In this document: piece by piece, positions 19,975-30,604 of the stretch
How positions within the stretch are numbered: the first letter of the stretch is position 1
Layout of the letters: each line of letters begins with the position of its first letter
From: Bacteriovoracia bacterium
Lineage (GTDB): Bacteria; Bdellovibrionota; UBA1018; CAIPTA01
Direction of reading: 5' to 3'
NCBI GenBank assembly: GCA_050246755.1
Contig: JBFWVL010000002.1
Location: 288,001-352,000, forward strand
DNA: 64,000 nucleotides
Program-made: the position numbers and the translations under genes
Notes under the pieces: generated by a model
What the model was told of the DNA's origin: nothing
Databases searched by the model: none
What the model saw: only the letters and a program-made list of their open reading frames with translations

Positions 19975-20038
19975 AAATAAAGGATAACTTACAAACGGGT
20001 CCGTTGCGAGCTTCGCTAAAACAGCCTATCCTGAAAGC

Positions 20039-20440
20039 ATGAACACTACCGCGAAAGACATTATGTCGAGCCGCCTGATTGTGGCTCGCGAAGGCATGAA
20101 TATCGAAGATGCCCTGAAACTCCTCGTAAACAACAAGATAACAGGTTTGCCGGTGGTAGATGACTCCGGAATGATCATCGGCATATTGTCGGAATACGAC
20201 ATCATCGCCCACGTGGGAAAGGAATCGCATATCACTTCGGAGATATTCCGCGAGAACGCCACTTATTCGAAGAACGTAGAATCCGTTACCGAGGAGACAT
20301 CGTTCACCGAGATCCTCGAGCGCTTCATCAAGCTTAAATGCCGCCGCCTGCCCGTACTCGACGCCAGCAAGCGTCTCGTGGGCATCATCTCCCGCCGCGA
20401 CGTGATGAAAGTACTTTACTACCGCGCGAAGGTTAACTGA
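20039..20440 (+). CDS. CBS domain pair protein
   Basis: KDIMS, ITGLPVVD..IGILSEYD, LPVLD..LVGIISRRD. Confidence 0.9.
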   Translation: MNTTAKDIMSSRLIVAREGMNIEDALKLLVNNKITGLPVVDDSGMIIGILSEYDIIAHVGKESHITSEIFRENATYSKNVESVTEETSFTEILERFIKLKCRRLPVLDASKRLVGIISRRDVMKVLYYRAKVN

Positions 20441-21075
20441 TGAAGTTATCCCTGAAGCAAGAAGACGGGGTCTCCGTACTTGAGGTTTCAGGAGCCGTAG
20501 ACGCGCAAAATTTCCAGATTCTCAAGGCCGGTATCTCCAAGCTCCTGCGCGACGGAAAAAACCGCATCGTGCTGCAGGTTGTGGACGCCGACCAAATTCC
20601 CAGCGACGTGATGCGCGAGCTCGCGATCGTGGATGTTTTCGCCCGTGAGCTTTCGGGAAAAATCGTGCTGGCTTCCGAGAACGAGAAGCTCAAAGAAAGC
20701 GTGCGCGCTTTCGCCAAGCCGCCGATGATCCCCATCCTTTCCACCGTGGCCCTTTGCCTCGAGTATTTCAGAAACCTTTCCGCCGACGATGAAGAAGGCG
20801 GAGAATCGATAGAAGAGCTTAAAAAATCCGTTGCCGCGAAAGATAAAACGATCGCGGCCCTCGAGGCGCGCATCAAGCAGATGGATCCTAAAGAGTTGCA
20901 GGCTCTGCGCAACGATAAAGCGGCGCTGCAATCGAAAGTGACTTTATTGGAAACGCAGGTGGCTGAATTCGTCAAGGCCAGGCGCGATCCGGGCGACGTG
21001 GCCGGATTTTTGGAAAAAATCACTTTTCTTGAAGACAGCGTGAAGAAACTTTCCGCTGGGGCAAAAAAGGAATAG
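20440..21075 (+). CDS. STAS-like domain protein with C-terminal coiled coil
   Basis: VSVLEVSGAVDA..RIVL STAS pattern; heptad-rich C-terminal half; overlaps the CBS stop codon. Confidence 0.7.
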   Translation: MKLSLKQEDGVSVLEVSGAVDAQNFQILKAGISKLLRDGKNRIVLQVVDADQIPSDVMRELAIVDVFARELSGKIVLASENEKLKESVRAFAKPPMIPILSTVALCLEYFRNLSADDEEGGESIEELKKSVAAKDKTIAALEARIKQMDPKELQALRNDKAALQSKVTLLETQVAEFVKARRDPGDVAGFLEKITFLEDSVKKLSAGAKKE

Positions 21076-21078
21076 GGG

Positions 21079-21276
21079 ATGGCTTCCCAAATTCAGAATA
21101 ACTGCAATAACTGTGGCGCCTGCGCCGCCGTATGCCCCACAAAAAGTATTTACTCGGGAGACGTCCATTTCCTCATCGATTTCGATACCTGCACCGACTG
21201 CCTCGCCTGCCTCGAAGTTTGCCCGGTAGACGCGATCCGCAATCCCAAAGTAAAGGTTGAGCGGAAAAAATCATGA
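21079..21276 (+). CDS. 2[4Fe-4S] ferredoxin
   Basis: CNNCGACAAVCP and CTDCLACLEVCP. Confidence 0.92.
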   Translation: MASQIQNNCNNCGACAAVCPTKSIYSGDVHFLIDFDTCTDCLACLEVCPVDAIRNPKVKVERKKS

Positions 21277-22337
21277 TCCCCGCCGGCTGCGTGCAAGCCT
21301 GTCCAGGCTGCAAGCAACGCGAACTCAGCGCCGAAGAGAGCGCCGCCCAGAAACAGGGCTGGGTAGAGCGCAAGCTCGAAACCGTTCGTACCTTGATTCA
21401 GCCCATTGTCGTTCCCGAAAAAAGATGGGGCTACCGCCGCAAAGCCACCTTGCACGCGCGTTTAGCGGAAGATGGTTGGCGGTTCGGGCTCATTCAATAC
21501 CGGGAGCGCGAAGAGATTTTTATTCCGATCCCGGATTGCCCGGTGCATTCGGAAGACCTGAACAAAATATTCGCCGCTTGCAAAGATTTGCCGAAAAATA
21601 TCCCGGTCGCCTTCGTGCAGGTTTCCGGAAAAGCCGTCACCTTAGTGCTGAAGTCGGGACGGGAAGAGGAATACCTAGCGCAGCTACGCCATTTTTTTCC
21701 GAAATTGGAAAGGGCGGGAGTTATTTCTCTTTTCGTCAACTGGCACGCCGCCGCCGGCCGGCGCGTGCTTTCTTCGCGGCATATGGAGAGAATAGCCGGC
21801 CCCGAATTTCTTCCGGAAGGGGCCTTTCTGCATGGGCCCACCGCTTTTCGCCAGCAAATTGCGGAACTAGAGGAGCAGGCCCACACGCTTGCCGAAAACC
21901 ATTTGGGCGCGCTGCCGAAAATCATTGATCTCTACTGCGGGCTGGGAATCTCGCTGGCTCGCTGGCGCAAATCCGGGCGCAGCGCCGTGGGCGTGGAACT
22001 CGTGGGAGAGGCCTGCGCGCTCGCGGCCCTCAATGCTCCCGGCGCCGAAATCCTAAAAGGCAAAGTGGAGGAGAGGATTCCCCAGATCGATATAACGGGG
22101 GAATTTGGGATCTATACTAATCCGCCACGCGAGGGCCAGGGGCACTTGGTTTCCGCTTGGATGAATCGCAGCGGCGCCACCCGCATCGCCTACCTATCCT
22201 GTAATATGCGCTCGCTTAGCGAGGATCTGGAAGGCTTACCCAATTATCGAGTGCAGAAAGTGCAGGCTTTCGATTTCTTTCCGCAAACCGACCACGTAGA
22301 GGCTTTGGCCCTGTTGGAAAGAATCCCGAGAGACTAG
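21273..22337 (+). CDS. TrmA/RlmD-family RNA m5U methyltransferase
   Basis: CVQACPGC Fe-S motif, FRQ, DLYCGLG, NPPREG, YLSCN, FDFFPQTDHVE. Confidence 0.88.
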   Translation: MIPAGCVQACPGCKQRELSAEESAAQKQGWVERKLETVRTLIQPIVVPEKRWGYRRKATLHARLAEDGWRFGLIQYREREEIFIPIPDCPVHSEDLNKIFAACKDLPKNIPVAFVQVSGKAVTLVLKSGREEEYLAQLRHFFPKLERAGVISLFVNWHAAAGRRVLSSRHMERIAGPEFLPEGAFLHGPTAFRQQIAELEEQAHTLAENHLGALPKIIDLYCGLGISLARWRKSGRSAVGVELVGEACALAALNAPGAEILKGKVEERIPQIDITGEFGIYTNPPREGQGHLVSAWMNRSGATRIAYLSCNMRSLSEDLEGLPNYRVQKVQAFDFFPQTDHVEALALLERIPRD

Positions 22338-23374
22338 GCGCGCGCAAAATACGCCGCCGCCTGGCGCCAACGGTTTTTCCCAAGACGAAGCGCATTTTCC
22401 CGCCAAGCCGGATCGGCGGGGCAAAATATCTCCAGCATTTTTTTCTGCGTAGCCGGGGAAGCTCCCTGCACCGGTCCATTCGCGTGCCACTCAAAATTTT
22501 CGCGCCGTAATACGTCCAGTACTCTCCCAAAAGAGTAAGTGCCCAATTCCTGCAGCACGGCGTGCACCTGGGCACGGGGAAGGGCATCCCGTATCGCCAC
22601 GGAAAGCCGTCCCTGATTGATATAGCTTCCCTCGGAAGGGTCCGGCTTGGTTGTCGTGCGGCCGAATATCCGCCGGAAAAATTCCGGGGCGCTGGGATCC
22701 AGGTCTTCATCGGCAAATAGCCATTCACCGCCCCGCTCGCCGAGCCCGCTATGCACGTCGATCGCGATCGCCTCCTCCACCTCCGGGAAATGCGAGCGCA
22801 GTATTTCTTGCAGAAGCTGAATTTCCCGCTGGATGCTTTCGCCCATGAAAAAGAGGCCACGAGGAAAGGAATATTGCCCGGAAGCCACGGCCTGGGCCGT
22901 CCTTGCTTTCCCGAGTCTCTTCAGCTGGTAGAACGCCCGGAGCTTTCCCGTGAGAAATTCCAGCCTGGTTTTTGGATTCAGAAAGGAATTAAAAAGCGCG
23001 TAGTCGGGGTTAGGCAGCTTCGTTTTAGCGTAGTTGCGATTGAGGTCCACGTTCTGACCGTTGGCACGGCGGAAAAACTGCATTCCGTAGGGATTCACCG
23101 CGTGCACGAAAAGCAGCGAGGCATCGCCGGAGGGACCGGGTTCTGCCAAAATGGCCGCCTGGATGGCGGAACCGAGGTAGCCTTCGATGCCGTGCGTGCC
23201 GGAAAGATGAAGCACCAGCTTTTTCGGATCTCTTTTCACGAACGCAAAATCCAGGAATAGCTCGGAAGTGGCTTCGTGGGCCACGCGAAAGCGCACCTGG
23301 CGCAGCCCGTATTCTTCCGCCGCCACTAAGAACTTTTCGCGCGCTTCGTGGTATTCGGTGGAAAAGAAATTCAA
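22334..23374 (-). CDS. DUF2817 / M14-like zinc carboxypeptidase
   Basis: SGTHGIEG, NPYG..RRAN..VDLNRN, IDVHSGLG; TTG start overlapping the bcp stop. Confidence 0.8.
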   Translation of the reverse strand: MNFFSTEYHEAREKFLVAAEEYGLRQVRFRVAHEATSELFLDFAFVKRDPKKLVLHLSGTHGIEGYLGSAIQAAILAEPGPSGDASLLFVHAVNPYGMQFFRRANGQNVDLNRNYAKTKLPNPDYALFNSFLNPKTRLEFLTGKLRAFYQLKRLGKARTAQAVASGQYSFPRGLFFMGESIQREIQLLQEILRSHFPEVEEAIAIDVHSGLGERGGEWLFADEDLDPSAPEFFRRIFGRTTTKPDPSEGSYINQGRLSVAIRDALPRAQVHAVLQELGTYSFGRVLDVLRRENFEWHANGPVQGASPATQKKMLEIFCPADPAWRENALRLGKNRWRQAAAYFARA

Positions 23375-23805
23375 GCCAGCTCCTCGGCGGCCGCCAGCAC
23401 TTCCGCCACGTGTCCGCTCACCTTCACTTTGCGCCATTCGCGCAGGATTTTCCCTTTTTCGCTGATCAAGAAAGTGGAGCGCTCGATGCCGCGGAATTTC
23501 TTCCCGTAAAGGCTTTTCATCTTCATCACGCCGAATTTCTCGCTCAGCTCCTCTTCGGGGTCGCTTACCAGAGGAAAAGTAATCCCCGCTTTTACGCGGA
23601 ATTTTTCGTGGGAGGCGAGGCTATCGCCCGATACGCCGTATAGTGCCCAGCCTAGTTTAGCGAACTTTTTAGCCGCGGCCGAAAACTCCACCGCTTCCTG
23701 GCTGCAGCCCGGGGTATTGTCGCGGGGGTAGAAATACAAAACGAATTTTTTCCCCTTAAGGGCCGCGAGAGAAAAATGTTCCGCGCTCGTGGTTTCTAGT
23801 TTCAT
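23371..23805 (-). CDS. bcp: Peroxiredoxin Bcp/PrxQ
   Basis: LYFYPRDNTPGC, GIERSTFLI. Confidence 0.92.
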   Translation of the reverse strand: MKLETTSAEHFSLAALKGKKFVLYFYPRDNTPGCSQEAVEFSAAAKKFAKLGWALYGVSGDSLASHEKFRVKAGITFPLVSDPEEELSEKFGVMKMKSLYGKKFRGIERSTFLISEKGKILREWRKVKVSGHVAEVLAAAEELA

Positions 23806-24728
23806 GATACCTCCTCGGTTCCAGGCAGTAGTTCTAAAGTTAAAGCCCCCAGAATCAATAGCGCGCCCAGGCCTTGCCAGAGGTCGAGTCTTTCACCGAG
23901 AAAGAAGTACCCGGCCACTGTGCCGAGGAGCGGTTGCGCCAGCAGCGTGAGCGCCACCATCGCCACGGTCGCGGTGGTTAATGCTTCCGACCAGAAAATA
24001 TAGGCGATCGCGGTGCCGATGGGGCCAACTAGCAGCAATGCGCCCAGCTTTCTTGGATCGTATAGCGGCTCCAGGCTTGGCCACGCTTCGCCCAGCAGCC
24101 AGAAGTAGCCGCTAAGAACTAAGAACCCAAACGCAAGGGAGGCGCCCAGGATCGAAATGGGCGTGATTCTTCCCACGAGCCGGCGGCTAATGATGGTATA
24201 GAGCGCCTCGCATGGCATCACCGCCAAGAAGAATAAATTTCCCACGCTGAAGAGCGAAAACGATTCGGCCAAATTATTCGGCTTTATATTGCTCAGCAGA
24301 AAAAATCCCGCCACCGCGATCGCGAAGCCGGTTTTTTGCCGGCCACTCAGTTTTTCCCCAAGGAATAGCCAAGCCAGCAGCGCCGCAAAGAGCGGCTCAA
24401 TCGCCACCACCAGGGAATTCGCCGTGGCGGTGGAGCGGGAAAGGCCCAAGTACTGTAAAATAGGGGAAGCGAAAAAAGTTACGAGTCCCATCGATGCGAT
24501 CCAATGAAAATTATTTCGGTGCACCACCGCGCGCAGAGGTGAAATACTTTGCGGCCGAAGCCAGCGAAATAGACAAATCAGGAAAAGAGCCGTGCAGAGA
24601 GAAGCGCCATATCGAAGCTGGGCGAGCTGGAAGGGAGCATACGAGAGAAGAAGAAATTTTCCCATTATGGGCATCAGCGCCCATATCGCATTGCATGCTA
24701 ATAAACCAAGAAGAACCCACAAGCTCAT
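23802..24728 (-). CDS. DMT/EamA family transporter
   Basis: About 10 TM helices, duplicated P..AALLAWLFLGE / P....GYFFLGE. Confidence 0.88.
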   Translation of the reverse strand: MSLWVLLGLLACNAIWALMPIMGKFLLLSYAPFQLAQLRYGASLCTALFLICLFRWLRPQSISPLRAVVHRNNFHWIASMGLVTFFASPILQYLGLSRSTATANSLVVAIEPLFAALLAWLFLGEKLSGRQKTGFAIAVAGFFLLSNIKPNNLAESFSLFSVGNLFFLAVMPCEALYTIISRRLVGRITPISILGASLAFGFLVLSGYFWLLGEAWPSLEPLYDPRKLGALLLVGPIGTAIAYIFWSEALTTATVAMVALTLLAQPLLGTVAGYFFLGERLDLWQGLGALLILGALTLELLPGTEEVS

Positions 24729-24778
24729 AGAGCTTGAATACTAGTTGTTTTTTCGTCGCGCTGCTATACCTTAAGTGC

Positions 24779-25990
24779 ATGGAAAATTGGCAAAATTGGG
24801 ATTTATATAACCCTACGAATGAACACAAAATGTTGCGCGCGCTGGTACGCGATTTCGTTCGTCAAGAAGTGGAACCCCAGGCCAATGAGCACGATCGAAA
24901 AGAGAAATTTAACCTCCCTTTATTTCGAAAATTAGGGGAGCTTGGCCTGCTCGGGATTACCGTCCCGGAAGAATTTGGAGGCTCGGGCCTTGATGCTTCT
25001 GCGGCCTGTCTAGTGCACGAAGAGCTTTCGTGGTCTGATCCAGGTTTCGCCCTGGCCTACCTCGCGCATTCGATGCTCTGCGTGAATAATTTGGCGCGGA
25101 ATGCCTCACCGGAACAGAAAAAAAAATACCTGCCTAAGCTTTGCTCGGGCGAATGGGTCGGCGCGATGGCTATGTCAGAGCCGGGCGTGGGCACCGATGT
25201 GGTGGGCATGGAAAGTTCCGCGCTGCTGAAAAATGGCAGCTACGTGGTAAATGGCCGCAAGATGTGGATCACCAACGGGACCTTAGATGATGCCGGCACT
25301 CCGGCTGATGTGGTGTGGCTCTATGCCCGTACCGACGATCAGAAATCCGGCAAGCGAGAAATGTCTACCTTTCTGGTGGATCGCACCTGCGCCGGCTACT
25401 CGGTGGGCCAAAAAATCGGCGATAAGCTCGGCATGCGCGCCTCGAATACCGCCGAGCTGGTTTTTGATAATTGCCAAATTCCCTCCACGAATCTTGTGGG
25501 CAAAGAGGGCGGAGCTCTTCTGCACATGATGAAAAACTTGGAGCTGGAGCGCCTCACCTTGGCGGCCATGAGCCTGGGCTTGGCCCGCCGCTCCCTCGAG
25601 GTAATGACCCGCTACGCGAATGAGCGCCAGGCCTTCGGGCAATCCATCTCCAAATTCGGCCAGATCCAAAAGCATATCGGCGAAAGCTTTGCGGAGTATC
25701 GCGCGGCGCGCGCCTACGTGTATGAAACCGCCCGCCATATTAACCTGGATGAGGAAGGCAATCGCCTCGATTCGGACGGCGTGAAGCTCGTGGCCTCGAT
25801 GATGGGCAAAAAAGTTTCCGACTCCGCCATCCAAGTACTCGGCGGCTACGGCTACGTGGGTGAATACGTGGTGGAACGCCTCTGGCGCGATGCCAAGCTC
25901 CTCGAAATTGGCGGCGGCACCCTTGAGGCGCACCAAAAAAATATTACCCGCGATCTCGCGAAGAATCCGGCCATGGTGGCGGATTTGTGA
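24779..25990 (+). CDS. ivd: Acyl-CoA dehydrogenase, isovaleryl-CoA dehydrogenase-like
   Basis: MAMSEPGVGTD, GRKMWITNG, DKLGMRASNT, LERL, RDAKLLEIGGGT. Confidence 0.85.
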   Translation: MENWQNWDLYNPTNEHKMLRALVRDFVRQEVEPQANEHDRKEKFNLPLFRKLGELGLLGITVPEEFGGSGLDASAACLVHEELSWSDPGFALAYLAHSMLCVNNLARNASPEQKKKYLPKLCSGEWVGAMAMSEPGVGTDVVGMESSALLKNGSYVVNGRKMWITNGTLDDAGTPADVVWLYARTDDQKSGKREMSTFLVDRTCAGYSVGQKIGDKLGMRASNTAELVFDNCQIPSTNLVGKEGGALLHMMKNLELERLTLAAMSLGLARRSLEVMTRYANERQAFGQSISKFGQIQKHIGESFAEYRAARAYVYETARHINLDEEGNRLDSDGVKLVASMMGKKVSDSAIQVLGGYGYVGEYVVERLWRDAKLLEIGGGTLEAHQKNITRDLAKNPAMVADL

Positions 25991-26451
25991 TTCGTTGCCT
26001 TCTGCTCTGTTTTCTTTTTTCGGCCCCCGTTTTTGCCGGCACCGACGATATCGAGAAAGATTTGCTCGATCTTCAGCAAAGCGTGGAAGGTGTTCTTCAC
26101 AAGTTCAATACCAGCTCCCGCGGCACCCCCGCGAGCCAGCTCGATGTGGCGCGCCGTAAGGTCTTCGCCCTCGCCGAAGACAAACAATTCCTCAAGGCCA
26201 TGAACGAACTATGGGCGAATCCCCACCGTAACCAATTGCTGATCGTGCAGGGAATTTTTTTCGCGGTGGTTTTTTTACTGAAAGCTTGGCGCCAAGCGAA
26301 GGCCGCGAATTGGTTCACGCGAATTTTTGTCGGACTATTTTTCAGCTTCATTACGTGGGGCGGTTTGCTTTACGTGATTCCCGCCGTAGTGCTCGGTGAG
26401 CCTTACCGGATTTTCGTGGGCACCATTTGGCGCGTGCTGGTCTCTTCCTAG
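25987..26451 (+). CDS. Hypothetical membrane protein
   Basis: Signal peptide plus two TM segments; GTGA overlap with ivd. Confidence 0.65.
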   Translation: MIRCLLLCFLFSAPVFAGTDDIEKDLLDLQQSVEGVLHKFNTSSRGTPASQLDVARRKVFALAEDKQFLKAMNELWANPHRNQLLIVQGIFFAVVFLLKAWRQAKAANWFTRIFVGLFFSFITWGGLLYVIPAVVLGEPYRIFVGTIWRVLVSS

Positions 26452-26972
26452 TTTTTTAGTTTCAGCGTGAAGCTTTCCCGTAAATGATAGTCGGGCTGCT
26501 GGCCCGCGTGATTCGTGGAATAAAAATGCGTAGCCTGGCTGGTGCGCAGGATTACGCAGAGGCTGGCCTCTAAAGCGTCTAGTTTATTTTTGCTGGTCAA
26601 GTGGCAGGTGAGCGAACTGGGATTTACTTCCAGCTTAGCAATGCGAAAATCGCCGCTTTCCTGGGGTGGAGCGGGCTTCCGATAATCCGAAAACTTATAG
26701 AGATTCCATTTCGGCTGGGTAGGAGAAAGATTCAGCTCCCAGTAGCCAGCTTCACCGGGAATGCCCCAGAAAGCTTCGAAACAGGTGGTATGCCATAGAC
26801 CATCGGCGCGAAAAAGGTCCCGTTCGGTATGAATGGCCAGAGAATCGAGTACCAGATGCCGAGGGTCCGCGAGCTGAAATTTCAAGGTAAGATTTTGGAG
26901 GCCGGTGAGTTCGATTTTTCCTTCCACGCCGATGGGTTCCGAATGCGCGTGGAATGGAAAAAGAGGCTGCAT
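26448..26972 (-). CDS. DOMON-like domain protein
   Basis: RADGLWHTTCFEAF, YWELNLSP, WNLYKFSDYR, PDYH; TTGACC-N17-TACCAT-N6-ATG. Confidence 0.8.
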   Translation of the reverse strand: MQPLFPFHAHSEPIGVEGKIELTGLQNLTLKFQLADPRHLVLDSLAIHTERDLFRADGLWHTTCFEAFWGIPGEAGYWELNLSPTQPKWNLYKFSDYRKPAPPQESGDFRIAKLEVNPSSLTCHLTSKNKLDALEASLCVILRTSQATHFYSTNHAGQQPDYHLRESFTLKLKN

Positions 26973-27055
26973 GAGAAAATGGTATGGTGATGGCAAGAAT
27001 TGGTCAAATCATGGAATTTAACGCACCGCTTGGCCGGCCAAGCTTCATTCCAAAG

Positions 27056-28402
27056 TTATTCCATATAAGGGCGCATTAAATCCCGCGCCGAAATTTTTGC
27101 GCCGAGCACGGCCAGAAACGTAAACATCCCGATCATTTTGCGATCCAGAAAAACCACTTCCCGCGGAGGTGCCCTCAGGGGAAACTTCTTCACGATCTTC
27201 CAGCTCAGTCCCGAAACACGTTTGGGCAAATCGCTGCCCTTCCAGTCATAAGCCCCATCCAGCGCGAAAGGCTCCACGAGGGCCGCGCAAAGTTCGTAGA
27301 ACATATCCTTAAGCTCCTGGGGATCGTCTTCGTGCAGCACGCCCATCGCCAGCGCACCCTTTTCGAAGTCGGCACGGATGTGGTGGAAGAGGCCGGAAAG
27401 CATATGGCGATAGCGGCGCATGAAATCGGGAGAAATCTCGCGAACGGCGCCGTAGTCGTAGAGCACCAGCTGGTCTTTGTCTTTTCCTAGGCGCACGCGG
27501 TAATTTCCAAAATGTGGATCCGTCTGCATTTTGTTCCACACGAATAGTTCTTTTAGGTAGAGCTCCATGGCATTGGCGGCCAGAGCATTGCGGCGTTCCT
27601 GCGAAAGCGCGGCTACTTCTTCCGAGTCCACCGCGATTCCCGGCTCAAAGCTCATCGCAATCACGCGCTTGGAGCTGAATTCTTCGATGGGCCGCGGGAG
27701 AACGTAGCGCGGATCACCTTTTAGTAATTTATGAAATACTTCCAGCGTTTCCCGTTCGAGCTCGTAGTCGAGCTCGCGCTTGAGCATCGCGCGCACCTCG
27801 GCAAAAAGATCATCGGTGCCGGGAAGATTTGGGAGCCATTCCGAGATGGAGAGAATTTTTCTGAGGGCTTTCAGGTCCCCGTCGATCGCCTCGTCTACGC
27901 CCGGGTATTGCACTTTCAAAACGATTTCCTGCCCCGTTTTTAGGATCCTGGCACGATGCACCTGTCCCAAAGAAGCGGCGGCATATGCCTCCTCTTCGAT
28001 TTCCAGGAGCGCCATCCGCTCTTTACCCAGCTGCCGTACCAATACCTTGCGAATTTCTTCCCAGCGCAGGGGAGGTGAATCGCTCTGCAGCGACTTTAAA
28101 ATCTGGTTGGCTTCGGGCGGAAGGAAATGCTCCCCATAGACCGAAAGCATCTGTCCGGCCTTCATTAAGCTGCCTTTGAGTTTGCCCAATTCGGCGGTGA
28201 GCAGGGCCAATTGCTCCAAAACATAGGCTTGCTTTCGTATCTTTTGGGCGGCTTCGCTCTTTAAAATACCCCCCAGAGCGTGGCCAGCGGCCTTAGCTCC
28301 GGCCTGAAGGCCGAGTTTAGCCAGGGAAAAGGAGCGCGATACGGAACCCGTGGCGAGTCCGGAGAGCTTTTTCTGGGGTTTTGAGTGTTTCTTTGAGGCC
28401 AT
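27056..28402 (-). CDS. ABC1/UbiB (AarF) atypical protein kinase
   Basis: LKGSLMKAGQ, AAASLGQVH, VLKVQYPG, QTDPHFGNY, YDYG. Confidence 0.92.
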   Translation of the reverse strand: MASKKHSKPQKKLSGLATGSVSRSFSLAKLGLQAGAKAAGHALGGILKSEAAQKIRKQAYVLEQLALLTAELGKLKGSLMKAGQMLSVYGEHFLPPEANQILKSLQSDSPPLRWEEIRKVLVRQLGKERMALLEIEEEAYAAASLGQVHRARILKTGQEIVLKVQYPGVDEAIDGDLKALRKILSISEWLPNLPGTDDLFAEVRAMLKRELDYELERETLEVFHKLLKGDPRYVLPRPIEEFSSKRVIAMSFEPGIAVDSEEVAALSQERRNALAANAMELYLKELFVWNKMQTDPHFGNYRVRLGKDKDQLVLYDYGAVREISPDFMRRYRHMLSGLFHHIRADFEKGALAMGVLHEDDPQELKDMFYELCAALVEPFALDGAYDWKGSDLPKRVSGLSWKIVKKFPLRAPPREVVFLDRKMIGMFTFLAVLGAKISARDLMRPYME

Positions 28403-28573
28403 TCGACCCATTCTACTCCCATTTCTGAGAAATGTTTTCCTGATGCAATCGGGGGAGAAGAGCCGGCTAAAAAAGGGGCAAAAAAGCCTTCCCAGCCGCG
28501 TCATTTCGGAGTAAAAATCGGGGGTTCAAAGCCTAAGGTCGTTTTGCCTTATGCCCTTACTTAGGAGCCTTCC

Positions 28574-29470
28574 ATGTCGCAATCAACCCAATCCATCAAT
28601 CTGAAAACTGGCCTCGCCGAAATGCTCAAGGGCGGTGTGATTATGGACGTGATGAACGTGGAACAGGCGAAGATCGCCGAGCAGGCGGGCGCGGTGGCGG
28701 TGATGGCGTTGGAACGCATCCCGAGCCTGATTCGCAGCCAGGGCGGCGTGGCCCGCATGAGCGATCCCCTCATGATCCAAGAGATCATGAAAGTTTCTTC
28801 GATTCCGGTGATGGCCAAAGTCCGGATCGGCCACTTCGCCGAAGCGCAAATTCTCCAGGAACTCGGCGTGGATTTCATCGATGAGAGCGAAGTGCTCACT
28901 CCGGCCGACGAAGAAAATCATATCGATAAACACGCATTCAAAGTTCCCTTCGTTTGCGGCTGCACGGATCTCGGGGAAGCCCTCCGCCGTATCGGCGAAG
29001 GCGCGGCCCTGATTCGTACCAAGGGCGAGGCCGGCACTGGCAACGTGGTGGAGGCCGTGCGCCACATGCGCACCCTGATGCGCGAAATCCGCAAGCTAAC
29101 CACGATGGATGCCAGCGAGCTCTACGCCGAAGCGAAGCGCCTGCGTTCGCCTCTGGAGATCGTGCAGCTGGTGGCTAAAACCGGCAAACTCCCCGTGCCG
29201 AATTTCTCCGCCGGCGGCGTGGCCACTCCGGCCGACGCAGCCCTCATGCTCCAGCTCGGCGCCGAGACCGTGTTCGTAGGTTCGGGGATTTTTGCCGATG
29301 CGACCTCCGCCGAATCCGAGCGCCGCGCGAAAGCCATCGTAGCCGCCGTGGCCCAGCCGAATAATGCTGCCGCCCTGCTCGAAGCGTCCCGCGGACTGCC
29401 GCGCGCCATGACCGGCGTAGAGATGAAAGCAATTCCCGAGGAACAACGCCTTGCCCAACGCGGCTGGTAG
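28574..29470 (+). CDS. pdxS: PLP synthase subunit PdxS
   Basis: [37 protein letters not shown]. Confidence 0.97.
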   Translation: MSQSTQSINLKTGLAEMLKGGVIMDVMNVEQAKIAEQAGAVAVMALERIPSLIRSQGGVARMSDPLMIQEIMKVSSIPVMAKVRIGHFAEAQILQELGVDFIDESEVLTPADEENHIDKHAFKVPFVCGCTDLGEALRRIGEGAALIRTKGEAGTGNVVEAVRHMRTLMREIRKLTTMDASELYAEAKRLRSPLEIVQLVAKTGKLPVPNFSAGGVATPADAALMLQLGAETVFVGSGIFADATSAESERRAKAIVAAVAQPNNAAALLEASRGLPRAMTGVEMKAIPEEQRLAQRGW

Positions 29471-30047
29471 GAAAATAGGCGTCCTGGCTCTCCAGGGTTG
29501 CGTGGAGCCCCACGCGAATCATTTGCGCAAGCTAGGCGCCGAGCCGGTTTATGTGCGCCTGCCTAAAGACCTCGATGGCATTGAAGGGCTTATTCTGCCG
29601 GGAGGCGAGAGCACCACGATGCTCAAGCTCGCCAAGCAATTCGATCTCTGGGAGCCGCTCAAAAAACGCGCCAGGCAAATTCCGTTCTGGGGAATCTGTG
29701 CCGGATCCATCCTTATGGCCGCGAAAGTGGAAAATCCTTCGCAGGAAAGCCTGGGCGTGATCGACCTCGAAGTAAGGCGCAATGCCTACGGCCGCCAGCT
29801 CGAGAGCTTTCAACAAAACCTGCAAACCGAAAATGGCCCGCAGCCGGCAGTTTTCATCCGGGCGCCGAAATTCTTAAGCTGGGGAAAAAGCGTAAAGGTG
29901 CAGGGCACGCTGAACGGCGACGCGGTTTTTCTCGGCGACGGCCACCATATGGTGACAGCGTTTCATCCCGAGCTGACCGATAATTCCTGGTTTCACGAAA
30001 AATTTTTGGCCGAAGTTTCCCGGAGCAATCATGAACAAGCAAAATAG
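29451..30047 (+). CDS. pdxT: PLP synthase glutaminase subunit PdxT
   Basis: GVLALQG, PGGESTT, GICAG, RNAYGRQ, FIRAP, FHPEL. Confidence 0.95.
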   Translation: MPNAAGRKIGVLALQGCVEPHANHLRKLGAEPVYVRLPKDLDGIEGLILPGGESTTMLKLAKQFDLWEPLKKRARQIPFWGICAGSILMAAKVENPSQESLGVIDLEVRRNAYGRQLESFQQNLQTENGPQPAVFIRAPKFLSWGKSVKVQGTLNGDAVFLGDGHHMVTAFHPELTDNSWFHEKFLAEVSRSNHEQAK

Positions 30048-30510
30048 CCTTTTGGTGCCCCTCATTTTCTTCCTTCCGATTTTTCTCTGGTCGGTGGCCG
30101 CGCGCGCCGGTGAAGCCGCGATCGAATGGCCCAGCCGAAACTCCAAGGTAGTTTGCGGCGGTACCGTAGACGACGAACCACTCGACCTGAAGGTTATGGC
30201 GGAAACCGCGATGCTGAAGGCCGTTTCAAAGAGCGACCGAGTTTTTCTCTTTATCGACCTGCATAAGCCCGGCCAGGTTCGCTTTCTCATGAACGACTCC
30301 CTTACCGACCAAGAGTTCGCGATGCGGGAGCAAATTTTGGCCAAGCTGAACCCCGCCGAAGCGGACTTAGTGAGTGCGCTTTTTGCGAATCGCCTTTCCG
30401 ATTTTTATACCGGTCTCACGGAAGGTTTCGTGCACCTCGTGACCGCGCAGGGTACGCGCACGCTCAACCTCAGCTGCCAAGAAGTGGCTCGCGCGGGCGA
30501 GAGCAAATAG
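30031..30510 (+). CDS. Secreted hypothetical protein
   Basis: GGAG RBS, signal peptide ending ARA, two Cys. Confidence 0.65.
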   Translation: MNKQNSLLVPLIFFLPIFLWSVAARAGEAAIEWPSRNSKVVCGGTVDDEPLDLKVMAETAMLKAVSKSDRVFLFIDLHKPGQVRFLMNDSLTDQEFAMREQILAKLNPAEADLVSALFANRLSDFYTGLTEGFVHLVTAQGTRTLNLSCQEVARAGESK

Positions 30511-30604
30511 GCGCCGGCATTTTTTCCCGCCCCCAGGCTTCCAGCGACACATGACTAAATAATACGGGTTTGCAAAGCGGGGTGCCGTGGATTAAGAATA
30601 GGGG

